The notes under the pieces: generated by a model
Database searches by the model: none
The model's input: the letters and a program-made list of their open reading frames with translations, nothing else
What the model was told of the DNA's origin: nothing
Source: a virus
Length of the DNA stretch: 64,000 bases
IMG/VR virus record: IMGVR_UViG_3300046804_004538
Coordinates: 7,212-71,211 of that record
Reading direction: 5' to 3' (one strand)
In this document: piece by piece, positions 1-10,300 of the stretch
How the letters are laid out: each line of letters begins with the position of its first letter
How positions within the stretch are numbered: the stretch's first letter is position 1
Translations under genes and position numbers: made by a program

Positions 1-1998
1 ATGTACAAACGCCGCATTGGCGTATTGGCCTGTAGCATTCTGCGACTGATATGCTGAGTTAGCATGTATAAATGCCGAATTTGCTTGAGTGTACGCAGCA
101 TTGGCTGAAGCAAAAGCACCATTGGCGTTTGCGAAAGCAGCATTGGCTGAAGCAAAAGCACCGTTAGCATTAGCAAATGATGCATTGGCGTGATTAAATG
201 ATGCATTAGCATGAATAAATGCTGAGTTTGCATATTGGCCAGTTGCATTTTGACTTACATATGCTGCATTGGCAAGATCAAATGCTGCATTGGTTTGTAT
301 AAATGCCGAATTTGCTTGAATATAAGAAGCATTAGCAGCAGCAAATGCACCATTAGCATTTGCAAAGGCAGCATTGGCATGATTGAATCCTGAGTTAGCA
401 TGAATCAGTGCTGAGTTAGCATGATTATATGCTGCATTTGATTTAGCAAAAGCACCGTTAGCATTTGCGAAAGCAGCATTCGCCATCGCAAGACCAGCAT
501 TGGCATTGGCATATGCGTTAGAAGAATAAATGTATAAGTCTACATTGCTATTCGCAGCAAAAACATAGTTCGCAAAAATGGCATTGGCACCAGTAATGCT
601 GCCATTTGAACCTGTTGTTGTCAGTGTGTTGGATGTAAGATTACCAACAATTGTAACTGTGCCTGTTACAGTACCACCATTATTTGCATCTAATGAGTTG
701 TTTGCACGGATGAATGCGGCATTAGCGGTATTGAATGCCGCATTAGCCGAAGCAAAGGCACCATTGGCGTTAGCAAAGGCAGCATTGGCTCTTGCAAAAG
801 CACCGTTAGCATTGGCAAAAGCAGCATTTGCATGATGAAAACTTGAGTTTACATGTATGAATGCAGCATTGGCCTGCAAGAATGCCGCATTAGCAGTGTT
901 GAATGCAGGCTGTACTTGTGGGAATACATTGTTGGCGGCAGCAAATGCCGCATTGGCATGATTGAATGAAGCATTTGCTTGAATGAATCCCGAATTTGCA
1001 ACAATAAATGATGCATTCGCAGAAGCAAAGGCACCATTGGCATTTGCAAAAGCGGCGTTAGCGGCAGCAAATGCACCATTGGCATTTGCGAAAGCAGCAT
1101 TGGCTACATTACCAGTTGCATTCTGTGATTGATATGCCGCATTGGCTTGTATGAAACCTGAGTTTGCATGAATAAATGCACCGTTCGCCAAAGTGAATGC
1201 AGCATTTGCGTATTCACCTGTAGAATTCTGACTGATAAACGAAGCATTGGCTTTGAAGAATGCAGCATTAGCATGGTCAAATCCAGAATTGGCATGATAA
1301 AAAGTTGAGTTACCAAAAATAAATGCTGAGTTAGCATGATTATATGCTGCATTGGCTTGTATAAATGCCGAATTAGCGTATTGACCTGTGGCATTCTGAC
1401 TTTGATATGCAGCATTTGCTTGTATGAAGCCTGAATTGGCATGGTCAAATGAAGCATTTGCTTTTATAAATGCAGAGTTGGCGTATGATGCTGTCGCTGA
1501 ACCACCTAAGTCATCATAGTTTGTGCCATCATTTGTGAACTGCCATTTATCAGCAGTTTCATTCCACAACAAATAAACATTCGGTAATACACCACGATCA
1601 ATTTCAATACCAGCATTCATTGTCGGCGTACCCGACTGACTGATTGCTGCATTCAATGTGATGATATTATCACCAATCAATACAATAGGTACGTTGGCTC
1701 CAATCTGACCACCAACAATACTCAAATTACCCTGAATGGTAACGTCACCAGTAATTGTACCACCGACATTTGCACTTAGAGAATTATTTGCACGAAGATA
1801 TGCAGCATTGGCAAAATGATACGCTGATATGCCACGAACATAAGAATCATGTCCACCAATTGCTAATGCGCCTGTCTCATTAGGTGTGCCAATGAATAAT
1901 GTGTTACTACTGTATGAATATGCTGGTTCACCAATGTTCAACGCCGGCGGCGTGTTTGTAGTCAGTGAACGTTTTATTTGAATTGATGTATTTGACAT
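1..1998 (-). CDS. Long tail-fibre/coiled-coil structural protein with ANxAFxx heptad repeats (3' end runs off the window)
   Basis: Not in the ORF track because it is truncated. ATG at 1998 reads MSNTSIQIKRSLTTNTPPALNIGEPAYSYSSNTLFIG, an IQIKR..GE N-terminus typical of phage fibre proteins. It is followed by dozens of degenerate 21-bp repeats (ANAAFAN-ANGAFAR-ANAAFAN...). Confidence 0.85.
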   Translation of the reverse strand, partial: MSNTSIQIKRSLTTNTPPALNIGEPAYSYSSNTLFIGTPNETGALAIGGHDSYVRGISAYHFANAAYLRANNSLSANVGGTITGDVTIQGNLSIVGGQIGANVPIVLIGDNIITLNAAISQSGTPTMNAGIEIDRGVLPNVYLLWNETADKWQFTNDGTNYDDLGGSATASYANSAFIKANASFDHANSGFIQANAAYQSQNATGQYANSAFIQANAAYNHANSAFIFGNSTFYHANSGFDHANAAFFKANASFISQNSTGEYANAAFTLANGAFIHANSGFIQANAAYQSQNATGNVANAAFANANGAFAAANAAFANANGAFASANASFIVANSGFIQANASFNHANAAFAAANNVFPQVQPAFNTANAAFLQANAAFIHVNSSFHHANAAFANANGAFARANAAFANANGAFASANAAFNTANAAFIRANNSLDANNGGTVTGTVTIVGNLTSNTLTTTGSNGSITGANAIFANYVFAANSNVDLYIYSSNAYANANAGLAMANAAFANANGAFAKSNAAYNHANSALIHANSGFNHANAAFANANGAFAAANASYIQANSAFIQTNAAFDLANAAYVSQNATGQYANSAFIHANASFNHANASFANANGAFASANAAFANANGAFASANAAYTQANSAFIHANSAYQSQNATGQYANAAFVH

Positions 1999-2007
1999 TT
2001 GTAATTC

Positions 2008-2259
2008 TTAAAATATTCCGCCGTCAAGAGTTCCTAAAACGGTAGTAGCAACTTTCATTTCAAAACGATTGTTTGCTGAGTCAAACACTAAAGAGTATCC
2101 ATCTTGAACACCTTCTGTGGATACATCATTAATTTCCGCCAATGATACATTTGGCTTAGGACTATATTTTGGTGATACAACAGTTGTTTGATTTGGCTGA
2201 AATACGGTGACTCTACCAACATCTGCTTGATTGATGCTGACTTTTCCTAGGTTAGCCAT
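2008..2259 (-). CDS. Hypothetical virion-associated protein
   Basis: 83-aa ORF tightly packed in the late operon; ends in LDGGIF, a C-terminal motif common in T4-like fibre proteins. Confidence 0.7.
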   Translation of the reverse strand: MANLGKVSINQADVGRVTVFQPNQTTVVSPKYSPKPNVSLAEINDVSTEGVQDGYSLVFDSANNRFEMKVATTVLGTLDGGIF

Positions 2260-2262
2260 TTG

Positions 2263-2598
2263 TTACCTCGTAACACCAGGAAGAACTATGGCCGTACCTT
2301 CAACTACACGTGTCACAGAATTATCAGTTGAGTTTGTAATTTTTACATCATAAACATAACGACCGGGTGTAAGGTTTGACGTATTTGCAGCGGTCATTGA
2401 AAGAGTAATTTGACCGTTGGCATTTCCTGTAATAGTTGATGTAAGTGTGTTTGCTGATGAAGAGTAGTAAGACTTACGTAATTGTGCAGAGGCGGAGTAT
2501 GTTGTAAGATTAATTGCATCACCTTGTGTGTCACTCACAGTCACAATTGATGATAAATTAGCACCCTGTTCGATTGTTATTTCTACATAAGCAGCCAA
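2263..2598 (-). CDS. Conserved small structural/adaptor protein (IEQGA...YVYDV...RVVEG type)
   Basis: 111-aa ORF with AGGAG SD and an upstream CTAAATA late-promoter-like box; motif pattern recalled from T4-like aquatic phages. Confidence 0.75.
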   Translation of the reverse strand: MAAYVEITIEQGANLSSIVTVSDTQGDAINLTTYSASAQLRKSYYSSSANTLTSTITGNANGQITLSMTAANTSNLTPGRYVYDVKITNSTDNSVTRVVEGTAIVLPGVTR

Positions 2599-2642
2599 GA
2601 TTGTCTCCTTCTAATCGTCTATTTAGTCAATCTCAGAAGCGT

Positions 2643-2671
2643 AAAAAAACCCTCACAAGTGTGAGGGTTTT
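2643..2671 (-). terminator. Rho-independent terminator
   Basis: Minus strand AAAACCCTCAC-ACTT-GTGAGGGTTTTTTT, downstream of ORF 2689..3057. Confidence 0.85.
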
Positions 2672-2688
2672 GACAAAGAAATTATAAT

Positions 2689-3057
2689 TTATTCTTGCGT
2701 TGGTGGTGAAACAGGATCCCAAGCACCAGTTGTTTCATTCCATTCATAATCACCTTCGGGTTTAGGCACAGGCGCTACCCAATTTGCTGTTTCTAAATCA
2801 AGTGTCCAAGATGGGAATGGTGAAGGGTTGATAAATGCATCAGTGCCTTCATGATAAATCATTCCTGGTCCCGCATATCTTTTGCGAAAATTACCATTGT
2901 AACTTGTTTGTACCCAACGACCACCAAATATTTTTTCACAATGTGCGGCACCAATAGATTCTTTTTCAGTACCATTAGGTGTAGATGTATCTCTGTTGTC
3001 AACAACGATAACACGAAGAACTACATTGTTATGATCCAGTTCGGCAAAATGCGCCAT
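2689..3057 (-). CDS. MAHFAE-type protein, putative tail-fibre assembly chaperone
   Basis: MAHFAELD...WVQTSYNGNFRKRYAG...PFPSW...W..PVPKP; this family typically follows Gly-rich fibre genes. Confidence 0.75.
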   Translation of the reverse strand: MAHFAELDHNNVVLRVIVVDNRDTSTPNGTEKESIGAAHCEKIFGGRWVQTSYNGNFRKRYAGPGMIYHEGTDAFINPSPFPSWTLDLETANWVAPVPKPEGDYEWNETTGAWDPVSPPTQE

Positions 3058-3075
3058 TTTATCTCCTTGTAATTT

Positions 3076-3333
3076 TCATTTTAATTGTTCAGATAATACT
3101 TTTTCTTGTATACCAAATTCTTTGAGTTGATCATCACGCCACTGTGTATCTATGGAGTCTTCTAACTGCTTTAGTTTTTCCATACACTCTTTTACTTCTT
3201 CCATAGTTGGGCATGGTCTAGGATCATCCCATTTGCTAAATCCCATATTGCTAATTTCCCAAGTTGCTCCTGGTCGCAATAAATGCATTGCTGTATCTAT
3301 TCCATATAATTGATATATTTTTTTCATAATCAC
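3076..3333 (-). CDS. Small fibre-associated protein (XkdW-like)
   Basis: LRPGATW...W.DPRPCPT.EEV motif, resembling ORF 6348..6767 (LRPTAKY...PPPTQEEI). Confidence 0.6.
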   Translation of the reverse strand: MIMKKIYQLYGIDTAMHLLRPGATWEISNMGFSKWDDPRPCPTMEEVKECMEKLKQLEDSIDTQWRDDQLKEFGIQEKVLSEQLK

Positions 3334-3346
3334 TCCAAATAACTAA

Positions 3347-5311
3347 TTATCCAACAACTTTAATAATAACGATTCCTGAGCCACCATTGCCGCCTGAATA
3401 CTGGCGGCAGGCTTGCGGTGCACCGTTTCTTGATGCACCGCCACCTCCACCACCTGTTGCTAATGTGGCATTATTTCCGTTGGCTCCTAATCCTGGAGTT
3501 CCGGGACCCGATATTGCACCAGCTCCACCCCCACCACCTGTACCACCTGTTCCCCAACTTTGAACTGGCGCTGCACCCCCACCACCGCCACCGCCGCCAT
3601 AAGTGACTGATGCTCCACTTATAGTAGAAGCAATACCATTACCTCCACTACCAGAAGTGGCCACAGGACCACCACCACCAGTTCCATTTGCAGAGGCTCC
3701 ACCACCACCAGAAGCATTAGTTAATGGAGAAATTGTAGTTCCTCCACCGAATCCCTGAGCAGGAGTTACATTAGGTATGTTACCTTGGCCACCATTAACT
3801 CCTACACCACAGTTAGAGCCTATACCTCCACCACCAGATCCACCATTTTCACCATTATAAAAAGTCACTCCTGAAGGAAATGAAGACGAAGTAAATCCAC
3901 CTCCTCTGCCACCACCGGTTGAAGAAATTTGATTTGGTGCAGTTCCAAAAGAACTATTTCCACCATTAGCACCTGCGTCTATGAAAGAGGTATTTGCTGC
4001 AAAGCCTCTTGTGCCGCCAGCTCCAACTTGTATGGCGTAAGTTGCACCTGGAGTAATTGGATAATTTGTTCCGGATCTAACTCCGCCGGCGCCTCCACCA
4101 CCACCAGCATAGTTTCTTGAACACGCAAAAGAAGCTGCACCACCACCACCGCCGCCACCGACGATGAGATAGTCAATCAATGTAGCACCAGGCGGTGCGA
4201 CCCAATTAGTTGATGCTTTGAAGGTGTAAGTATTTGTATTTGTTGATTGCAGATAACGAATAATGACGACACCGGAACCACCTGAGCCACCTGGAAGAAA
4301 TACAAAAGGTGTAGTAGGCACTGCGGGTGCTGAACAAGCACTTCCACCACCCCCACCACCGGTGAATGCTGTTCCGTTTGCTCCATTGCCCCGTATTGTT
4401 GAACAAAAATTACCTAAAGGTGCGGTTCTTCCACCACCACCTCTACCGCCACCACCGCAACCACCGGCGCCAGCATAAGAACAAAGAGATCCTTGTGCGG
4501 GGTATGTGGGTGTTGGGTATGCTCCACCTCCCCCACCACTAGCATAATACGTTGAAATTCCTGTTATAGCGGAAACACCACCAATTCCACCGCCACCAGC
4601 TGAAGTCGTGTTAGCAGTTCCTCCGACCGCACCTGCTCCACCTCCTCCACCTCCCATGGCTCGCATAACACCAGCGGAAGGTCCAGTGGCGCCACTACTA
4701 GTACCACCATTATTCCCCTGAGAGGGTGAGGTGACTGGAATATTTCCAGAACCCGCAAGCCAATTAGGCGCTCCACCCACTAATGCGCCAGAACCGCCCC
4801 CAGAGCCACCGGTTCCAGAGAAAGTTGAGAGTTGACAACCACCACCATGACCACCACCCCTTGAGATAACATCATTAGGAGAATTGCCGAAAGAACTGTT
4901 ACTACCATTTCCACTTGCTTGTCCAGGTGCCACCGTTGATGTTCCACCAGCACCTATTGTTATAGTGTAATCAGTGCCAGGAGTTACACTCATGTTTGTG
5001 CCTATACGAAAACCACCAGCACCGCCGCCACCGCCTATGAAAACGCAAGAATGTGTTATTCCTGTTCGCACAGCTCCTCCACCCGCACCGCCACCGCCAA
5101 CAACAAGATAATCAACAGAAGTAACGCCAGGCGGTGCTGTCCAAGTGCCAGAACCCGTAAATGTCAAAACAGTGGTGAGAAAGTTTTGTGGCCATTTACC
5201 TGCTGCGATGTAGTTCATGGCTTCAGATACAGTAAAGACGCCGCTTGTACCAGAAGTAGCGACTGAAACTGGTAGGGCTCTTACCAAACCACCTGAATAA
5301 CGTCTAGTCAT
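3347..5311 (-). CDS. Glycine-rich adhesin-like fibre tip protein with two tandem Gly-rich domains
   Basis: Two copies of W.APPG.T.(V/I)DYL(V/I)VGGGG...GGSG(V/I)VII(R/K); poly-Gly runs reminiscent of polyglycine-sandwich adhesins. Confidence 0.8.
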   Translation of the reverse strand: MTRRYSGGLVRALPVSVATSGTSGVFTVSEAMNYIAAGKWPQNFLTTVLTFTGSGTWTAPPGVTSVDYLVVGGGGAGGGAVRTGITHSCVFIGGGGGAGGFRIGTNMSVTPGTDYTITIGAGGTSTVAPGQASGNGSNSSFGNSPNDVISRGGGHGGGCQLSTFSGTGGSGGGSGALVGGAPNWLAGSGNIPVTSPSQGNNGGTSSGATGPSAGVMRAMGGGGGGAGAVGGTANTTSAGGGGIGGVSAITGISTYYASGGGGGAYPTPTYPAQGSLCSYAGAGGCGGGGRGGGGRTAPLGNFCSTIRGNGANGTAFTGGGGGGSACSAPAVPTTPFVFLPGGSGGSGVVIIRYLQSTNTNTYTFKASTNWVAPPGATLIDYLIVGGGGGGGAASFACSRNYAGGGGGAGGVRSGTNYPITPGATYAIQVGAGGTRGFAANTSFIDAGANGGNSSFGTAPNQISSTGGGRGGGFTSSSFPSGVTFYNGENGGSGGGGIGSNCGVGVNGGQGNIPNVTPAQGFGGGTTISPLTNASGGGGASANGTGGGGPVATSGSGGNGIASTISGASVTYGGGGGGGGAAPVQSWGTGGTGGGGGAGAISGPGTPGLGANGNNATLATGGGGGGASRNGAPQACRQYSGGNGGSGIVIIKVVG

Positions 5312-5338
5312 TAAAAATTCCTCTCTTGATGCACAGAA

Positions 5339-5722
5339 TTAACTAATTGTTTCGTATGAGCAAGTGAATGTCAAATTACTTGCTGAGTTACTCTGAACCC
5401 ACAGTGTGCTTGTTTCACCAGTGACAGTGGTATCCAACAAATAAAACGATGTTGATTTATCTGTTAGAACTAAAGTTGAGTTAGGTGGCACAGAAACAGT
5501 GTTTCCAATTGAACGAAATGTAGTTCCATCAGCAAGACAAAGAGATATGGTAGCAGCATATGAATTGGACGGATCCAAGTTTGCTATCATGACCGTGTTT
5601 ATTTTATGAGTCGCACCTGTTGCGGGTGCTGCAACCAATCCCTGACGGGCTGTATTTGCTGGTGTAAGCGTCACTGTATGTGGTACAATAGTGGTTACGT
5701 TTACGATATTAGGTGCGGCCAT
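5339..5722 (-). CDS. Small beta-rich adaptor-like virion protein (MAAPNIV type)
   Basis: 127 aa; shares the I.(V/I)AN...A(T/N)(I/V) pattern with 11482..11820 and 12503..12835. Confidence 0.7.
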   Translation of the reverse strand: MAAPNIVNVTTIVPHTVTLTPANTARQGLVAAPATGATHKINTVMIANLDPSNSYAATISLCLADGTTFRSIGNTVSVPPNSTLVLTDKSTSFYLLDTTVTGETSTLWVQSNSASNLTFTCSYETIS

Positions 5723-5725
5723 TTA

Positions 5726-6328
5726 TTATGCTCCAAAAATAAGTGATCCTATGATTCCTGAACTCAGGATTTTTGTGTTTGCTAAAGTAGAAAATTGATT
5801 CGGTGAAATTGATGTTCCAGCAATCAGGTCACCTGTAATCGTTTGAGATGCTATAAGATTACCTGTAATAGTACCAGCAACAATGTTATTGCCACGAATC
5901 GCATTTGCAACAATGTTATTGCCTGACACAGCATTGTCTGCAATCAAATTACCAGTAATGGTACCAGCAACAATGTTATTGCCACGAATCGCATTGACTG
6001 TGATATTATTACCAGAAACTGCACCACTTGCAAGTTTTACACCCGTAACAGAGCCATCTGACGGCACTTGTGTTGTTGTACCGTTACCAAGATGATGAAT
6101 AATAACATTGTTTGTACCTACACCAGGTGCAGTTGTAAATGTAATGACAGCACCATTCAATGTATAGTCAAAGCCAGGTCTTTGATATACACCGTTGACA
6201 TAAACAGCAATTGATGCTGTGCCTGCTGGAGCCCTTGCTAATGTGCCAAAAGCAACAGTGCTACCGTCACCGCTGTAAACGTCAACGATATAAGGTACTG
6301 AAGTGACTTGATTGCCAATATAAGACAT
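5726..6328 (-). CDS. Fibre stalk protein (MSYIGN N-terminus, IRGNNIVAGTITGNLIA repeats)
   Basis: GDGST.AF..V.VNGV.Q.P...Y domain, then 10-residue repeats, then a hydrophobic SLIFGA C-terminus. Confidence 0.75.
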   Translation of the reverse strand: MSYIGNQVTSVPYIVDVYSGDGSTVAFGTLARAPAGTASIAVYVNGVYQRPGFDYTLNGAVITFTTAPGVGTNNVIIHHLGNGTTTQVPSDGSVTGVKLASGAVSGNNITVNAIRGNNIVAGTITGNLIADNAVSGNNIVANAIRGNNIVAGTITGNLIASQTITGDLIAGTSISPNQFSTLANTKILSSGIIGSLIFGA

Positions 6329-6347
6329 TTATATTCCTGTTTTTACT

Positions 6348-6767
6348 TTATTTATTTGACCTTGATGGCGGTTCACCATCAGGCGCAGGATATTGTTCGT
6401 TCACCAATTTGATTGTGCGATAAAAGTCTGATTCTTTTCCTGGAATCTGTTCTTTGTCAATTGCATTCCACAACATATTGAATAATACTGTGATGTCGGG
6501 ATATGCTTGATAACGGTCATAAAAGTGTTGCCAGTAATCGCAAAATCTTTGCTGAAACTCTAATTCTTCTTCTATTTCTTCTTGTGTTGGTGGTGGCAAT
6601 CCTTCTTCATCTTGCCACTCACCAAAAATATACTTACCATCTTGTTGTGTTAGACCATACTTTGCAGTCGGTCTAAGCGCACGAATTGCTGATTGAGGAG
6701 TACATGAAAACTTTTTATTTCCATGGTCAATCAAAAATTGCGAATAAAATATTTCTTCGTTATTCAT
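6348..6767 (-). CDS. Hypothetical fibre-associated protein
   Basis: 139-aa ORF; LRP and R...YP motifs as seen in fibre chaperone-like phage proteins. Confidence 0.6.
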   Translation of the reverse strand: MNNEEIFYSQFLIDHGNKKFSCTPQSAIRALRPTAKYGLTQQDGKYIFGEWQDEEGLPPPTQEEIEEELEFQQRFCDYWQHFYDRYQAYPDITVLFNMLWNAIDKEQIPGKESDFYRTIKLVNEQYPAPDGEPPSRSNK

Positions 6768-6795
6768 TCAATCACCTTTCATTTTATGTATTTAC

Positions 6796-7275
6796 TTATG
6801 GCTTCTCTGGCCACTGAATAGTCCAAGGAAATCCTTCTTGCTCAGAAATGTCACGCAGTGCTTGACGATATGTAGCCCACGCCGCTTTATCAGCAGTTGA
6901 ATCTTCTAATTGTGTCCAATCCGATGCAGTCAGTCTTTGATTGCGTGTCTGACGAACAGCACTTGCTTGCTCGGCATCTTTTCTTGCATGATACTCTGCT
7001 TCTTGTTCAGCAGCAGTTTTACCTTCAACATCAGTAAAAACTGGTCCTAGTACATACTTAGTGTACCATTTTCCATCTTGTGCTTGTTCAATACCAGCAA
7101 ATTGACTGTATTGATAAACTGTACCACCAGATGCTTGTGGTCCTTCAAATACAGAATCGATGCCATTCGCTTCCATCCATTCAAGAGTAATTGGAAAAGG
7201 AGCGTGTGGTATAGTCCCACGCAGAGCTTGGTCTGTTGGAAAATATTCGCCTGTTGATTGTAATCTATATCCCAT
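6796..7275 (-). CDS. Phage tail (fibre) assembly chaperone
   Basis: C-terminal R..RN.RL..SDWTQL.D...W..YRQALRDI..Q.GFP..I.WP.KP signature (Phage_tail_APC-like). Confidence 0.85.
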   Translation of the reverse strand: MGYRLQSTGEYFPTDQALRGTIPHAPFPITLEWMEANGIDSVFEGPQASGGTVYQYSQFAGIEQAQDGKWYTKYVLGPVFTDVEGKTAAEQEAEYHARKDAEQASAVRQTRNQRLTASDWTQLEDSTADKAAWATYRQALRDISEQEGFPWTIQWPEKP

Positions 7276-7300
7276 GATTGTTTCCTATTGAAAAATTGTT

Positions 7301-10300
7301 TTATGCGATTGCTATGAAAATAAATTTTGGATTTGATGCATAAACGGTACCATCACTATTTCCTGCTATAATCATATCATTTCCATATGCAACACATGGT
7401 ATATTAGCTGAGCCGGCGGCTGCACCGTTAGGCCAAGTAATTCCATCAGCAGAGTAGCCAGTCTCACCAAGCGTAGCAACTGCAACAAATCTACTACCCG
7501 TCCACACAACGCCATTTATATCATTACCTGCCAAGTTTCCAGGATTGCGGCTTGTCCAAGTCACCAAAGTAGGAGAAGTGTGAATTGTGCCATTGTTTGT
7601 AACTATTACATAAAGACCATTACCATATGTCACATCATTGATTGCGTTAACTGTGCCCGATGTTTGCACAGTAAATGTCGTGCCGTCTGCTGTTGTGACT
7701 ATGGTTCCTGAATTTCCAACAAAAATCAAATTACCATTCAAAAATCTAACACGATTTAGAGTATTAGCAGTGCCAATTGATACTGTTGACCAAGTAACAC
7801 CATCGGTCGAAGAAACTACTGTTCCACTGGCGCCACATGCCCAATACTTTCCAAAAGCATACGCTGCACCATTTAGAGCCGAAGTCGTGCCGCTCGTTCG
7901 AGCAGTCCAAGAAGTAAGATTGCTAGACGTTGAAATTCGTCCACTTCCTCCAACGGCGACATATAATCCATTGCCGAATGCAAGACCGTAAACTGCTCCA
8001 GCGGAAATAGAAGATACAAGAGTCCAACCATAACCAGACACTGAGTAGTAAATATTGGTAGTTACTGCTGCAACCCAATAGCCATTCTCATACATTACAT
8101 CTAGAAAATTACTAGTGCCTGCAATAGTTTGACCATCCCAATTGTCAGCGTAAGAACCATTAAGTTGTTCAGGAGCAGTTGTGCTTAGTTCAAAACCTGC
8201 TGCATAAGAATCTACATAATCTTGATTCGTTGTTTCTGCATTGGTTAGATCGGCAAGTATGTATGGATCGTTACCTGCTACTATACCACGTGCTGTGTCC
8301 CAAACATACCACGAAGCGACTCCTAGCAAAGATTTTACCAACAAAAATCTTGCTCCAGTTGTAAATCCGCAATCTATCTGATTGACTGTTCCAGCACCTT
8401 TACCAAGATAATAAGAAACTTTAGATATTCCAGGAATTTCACCAAATAGATAAGCTACAAAACTATCACCATTACCATTTGTTTCACCATTGGAGCCCAC
8501 AGAAAAAACTGATGCTGTAGGTGCAGTAGAATTGAGTGCCGTGGTAGATGTTGTGGGTTCGACACTGCTTTGCAATCCCACATATACATCAGAACCTAAA
8601 GCAGACGAATAAACAATCCAAGAATCAGCCGCCGCATTTAAGCCTTTTATCCACATCATTTTAGGAACTGCGCCAAGATTATGATTGACTGTTCTTGCAA
8701 CACCTGTTCCTGTGTATGTAACTATATCAAAGAATCCTGGCGCACGTGCAAATGCTTCCACTACTTGATTACTTGCTACTGTGCTTATGTTCAACTGTGA
8801 CGTTGCATCATTTCCAACACCAAAACCATTCATTGCAGAGAAAGAATTGCCATATCCTACTGTTGGTGTCATCAAAGAGTCTGCGTCAGTCACACCCGCC
8901 GAGTCATTATCTGTACGAAGATATTCATTACTACGTAGTCTATCACCCACAACAAAACCAATTGATGTAGAGTTTCTTTGACGAGCCATAATCATGTCTG
9001 TCAAAATGCCAGTAGGAACTAATCTATTATCTACGTTTGTTCCCGTGTAAACAACAGGCTGAAACACTTTACTAGCATCCGTTGGCGTTCTCATTGGACC
9101 ACGACGAATTGCGATGTAGATAAACGATGTATTGGTTCCAAAAGCATTTGTCGTAAAACCAGTAGAAGTAATGCCTATCCTGTTTAGTTGTGTTTCTGTA
9201 TTAGTGTTGTTTGGCTGTAAAGCTGAATCATCGGTTGCATTGACAGTTAATCCTCGTACTGAGTCGAAAATCTGCCAAGACTGAGAAGCGGCAGTAGCAC
9301 CATCGAATGCTTTGAGCAATAACCATTGTGGCTCATAACCAAGCACAGTGGTACTGTTTTCACTACCATCAGTCGTAAATGATCCACAACTAATTATATT
9401 GTCTGTACCCAAATTGCCAAAGCCTCCTGCATCGTGGGCGAATAGATATGCGACATAAGTACCACCCGAACTGTTAACAAGAGGTCCACTACTTACTGTG
9501 AACGCTGTGCTGGTAGGATCTGTGTCATTGAAATAACTACCTGGCGCTGAAGCCCCAGTGCTACTAAGAGTTAGGTAGTTTGAACTGCCTATTGAACGAT
9601 GATAAACAGTCCAACTGCCTGCGGTGTCTGTCCGCTTAATCATAAAGCAGCCCGGTGTCGCTCCTAAATTGTGTGGAATTTGCCTATTGTCTAAACCATT
9701 CCCTGTATACGTCACGACATCAAAGAACTTTGCTTGCTTGCGGAATGTCCATGATGCGTATAATGCCGAACCACCATTCAACTTTGAAAGCGATCCGATA
9801 GTGAAACCGTTAAAATTAAAAGATGTTAGTCCTGTTGTTTGTGTTGTTTGTCCATCAGTTAAATTTGACGCAAGGTCCAATGTTGCACCACGTGCTGTGT
9901 CATAAATAGCGTGATTAGTTACACCGGAACGAGCTTTTATCCACACCATTCCACCGGATCCTGTGCCAGTAGATACAGTAGCCAAACTAGATGTTAGGTT
10001 ACTAGTTGAAGTTGTGAATGTATTTGATGTATTAGATAAACTTGCAGCGGTGTTATTTAAAACACCCGCCGTATTTGAAAAAGTGGACGCAGAGTTTGTT
10101 AGTGTGCTTTCTTCATATCTATAAGTATAGCCTCCAACTTCATAACCACCAATGCCGGTTCCATCTGCTGGTAATTTAGCAATGAGCATTCGTTGTTTGC
10201 CATTAGGATCTTGTATGTAACCACAAATATACATACTACTTCTATTATCAACTTTTATTGAGTATCCGTAAGCAGCACCTATTCCTGAAATAGACTCATT

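Noticed and set aside
578-1457. Short ORFs 578..835 (+), 849..1100 and 1104..1457 (-)
   Set aside because: Antisense or alternate-frame shadows of the repeat-rich fibre gene 1..1998.
3418-5266. Pro/His-rich plus-strand ORFs over the Gly-rich genes (also 49229-51850)
   Set aside because: GGN codon runs read as poly-Pro/His/Thr on the other strand; no SD or independent signal.
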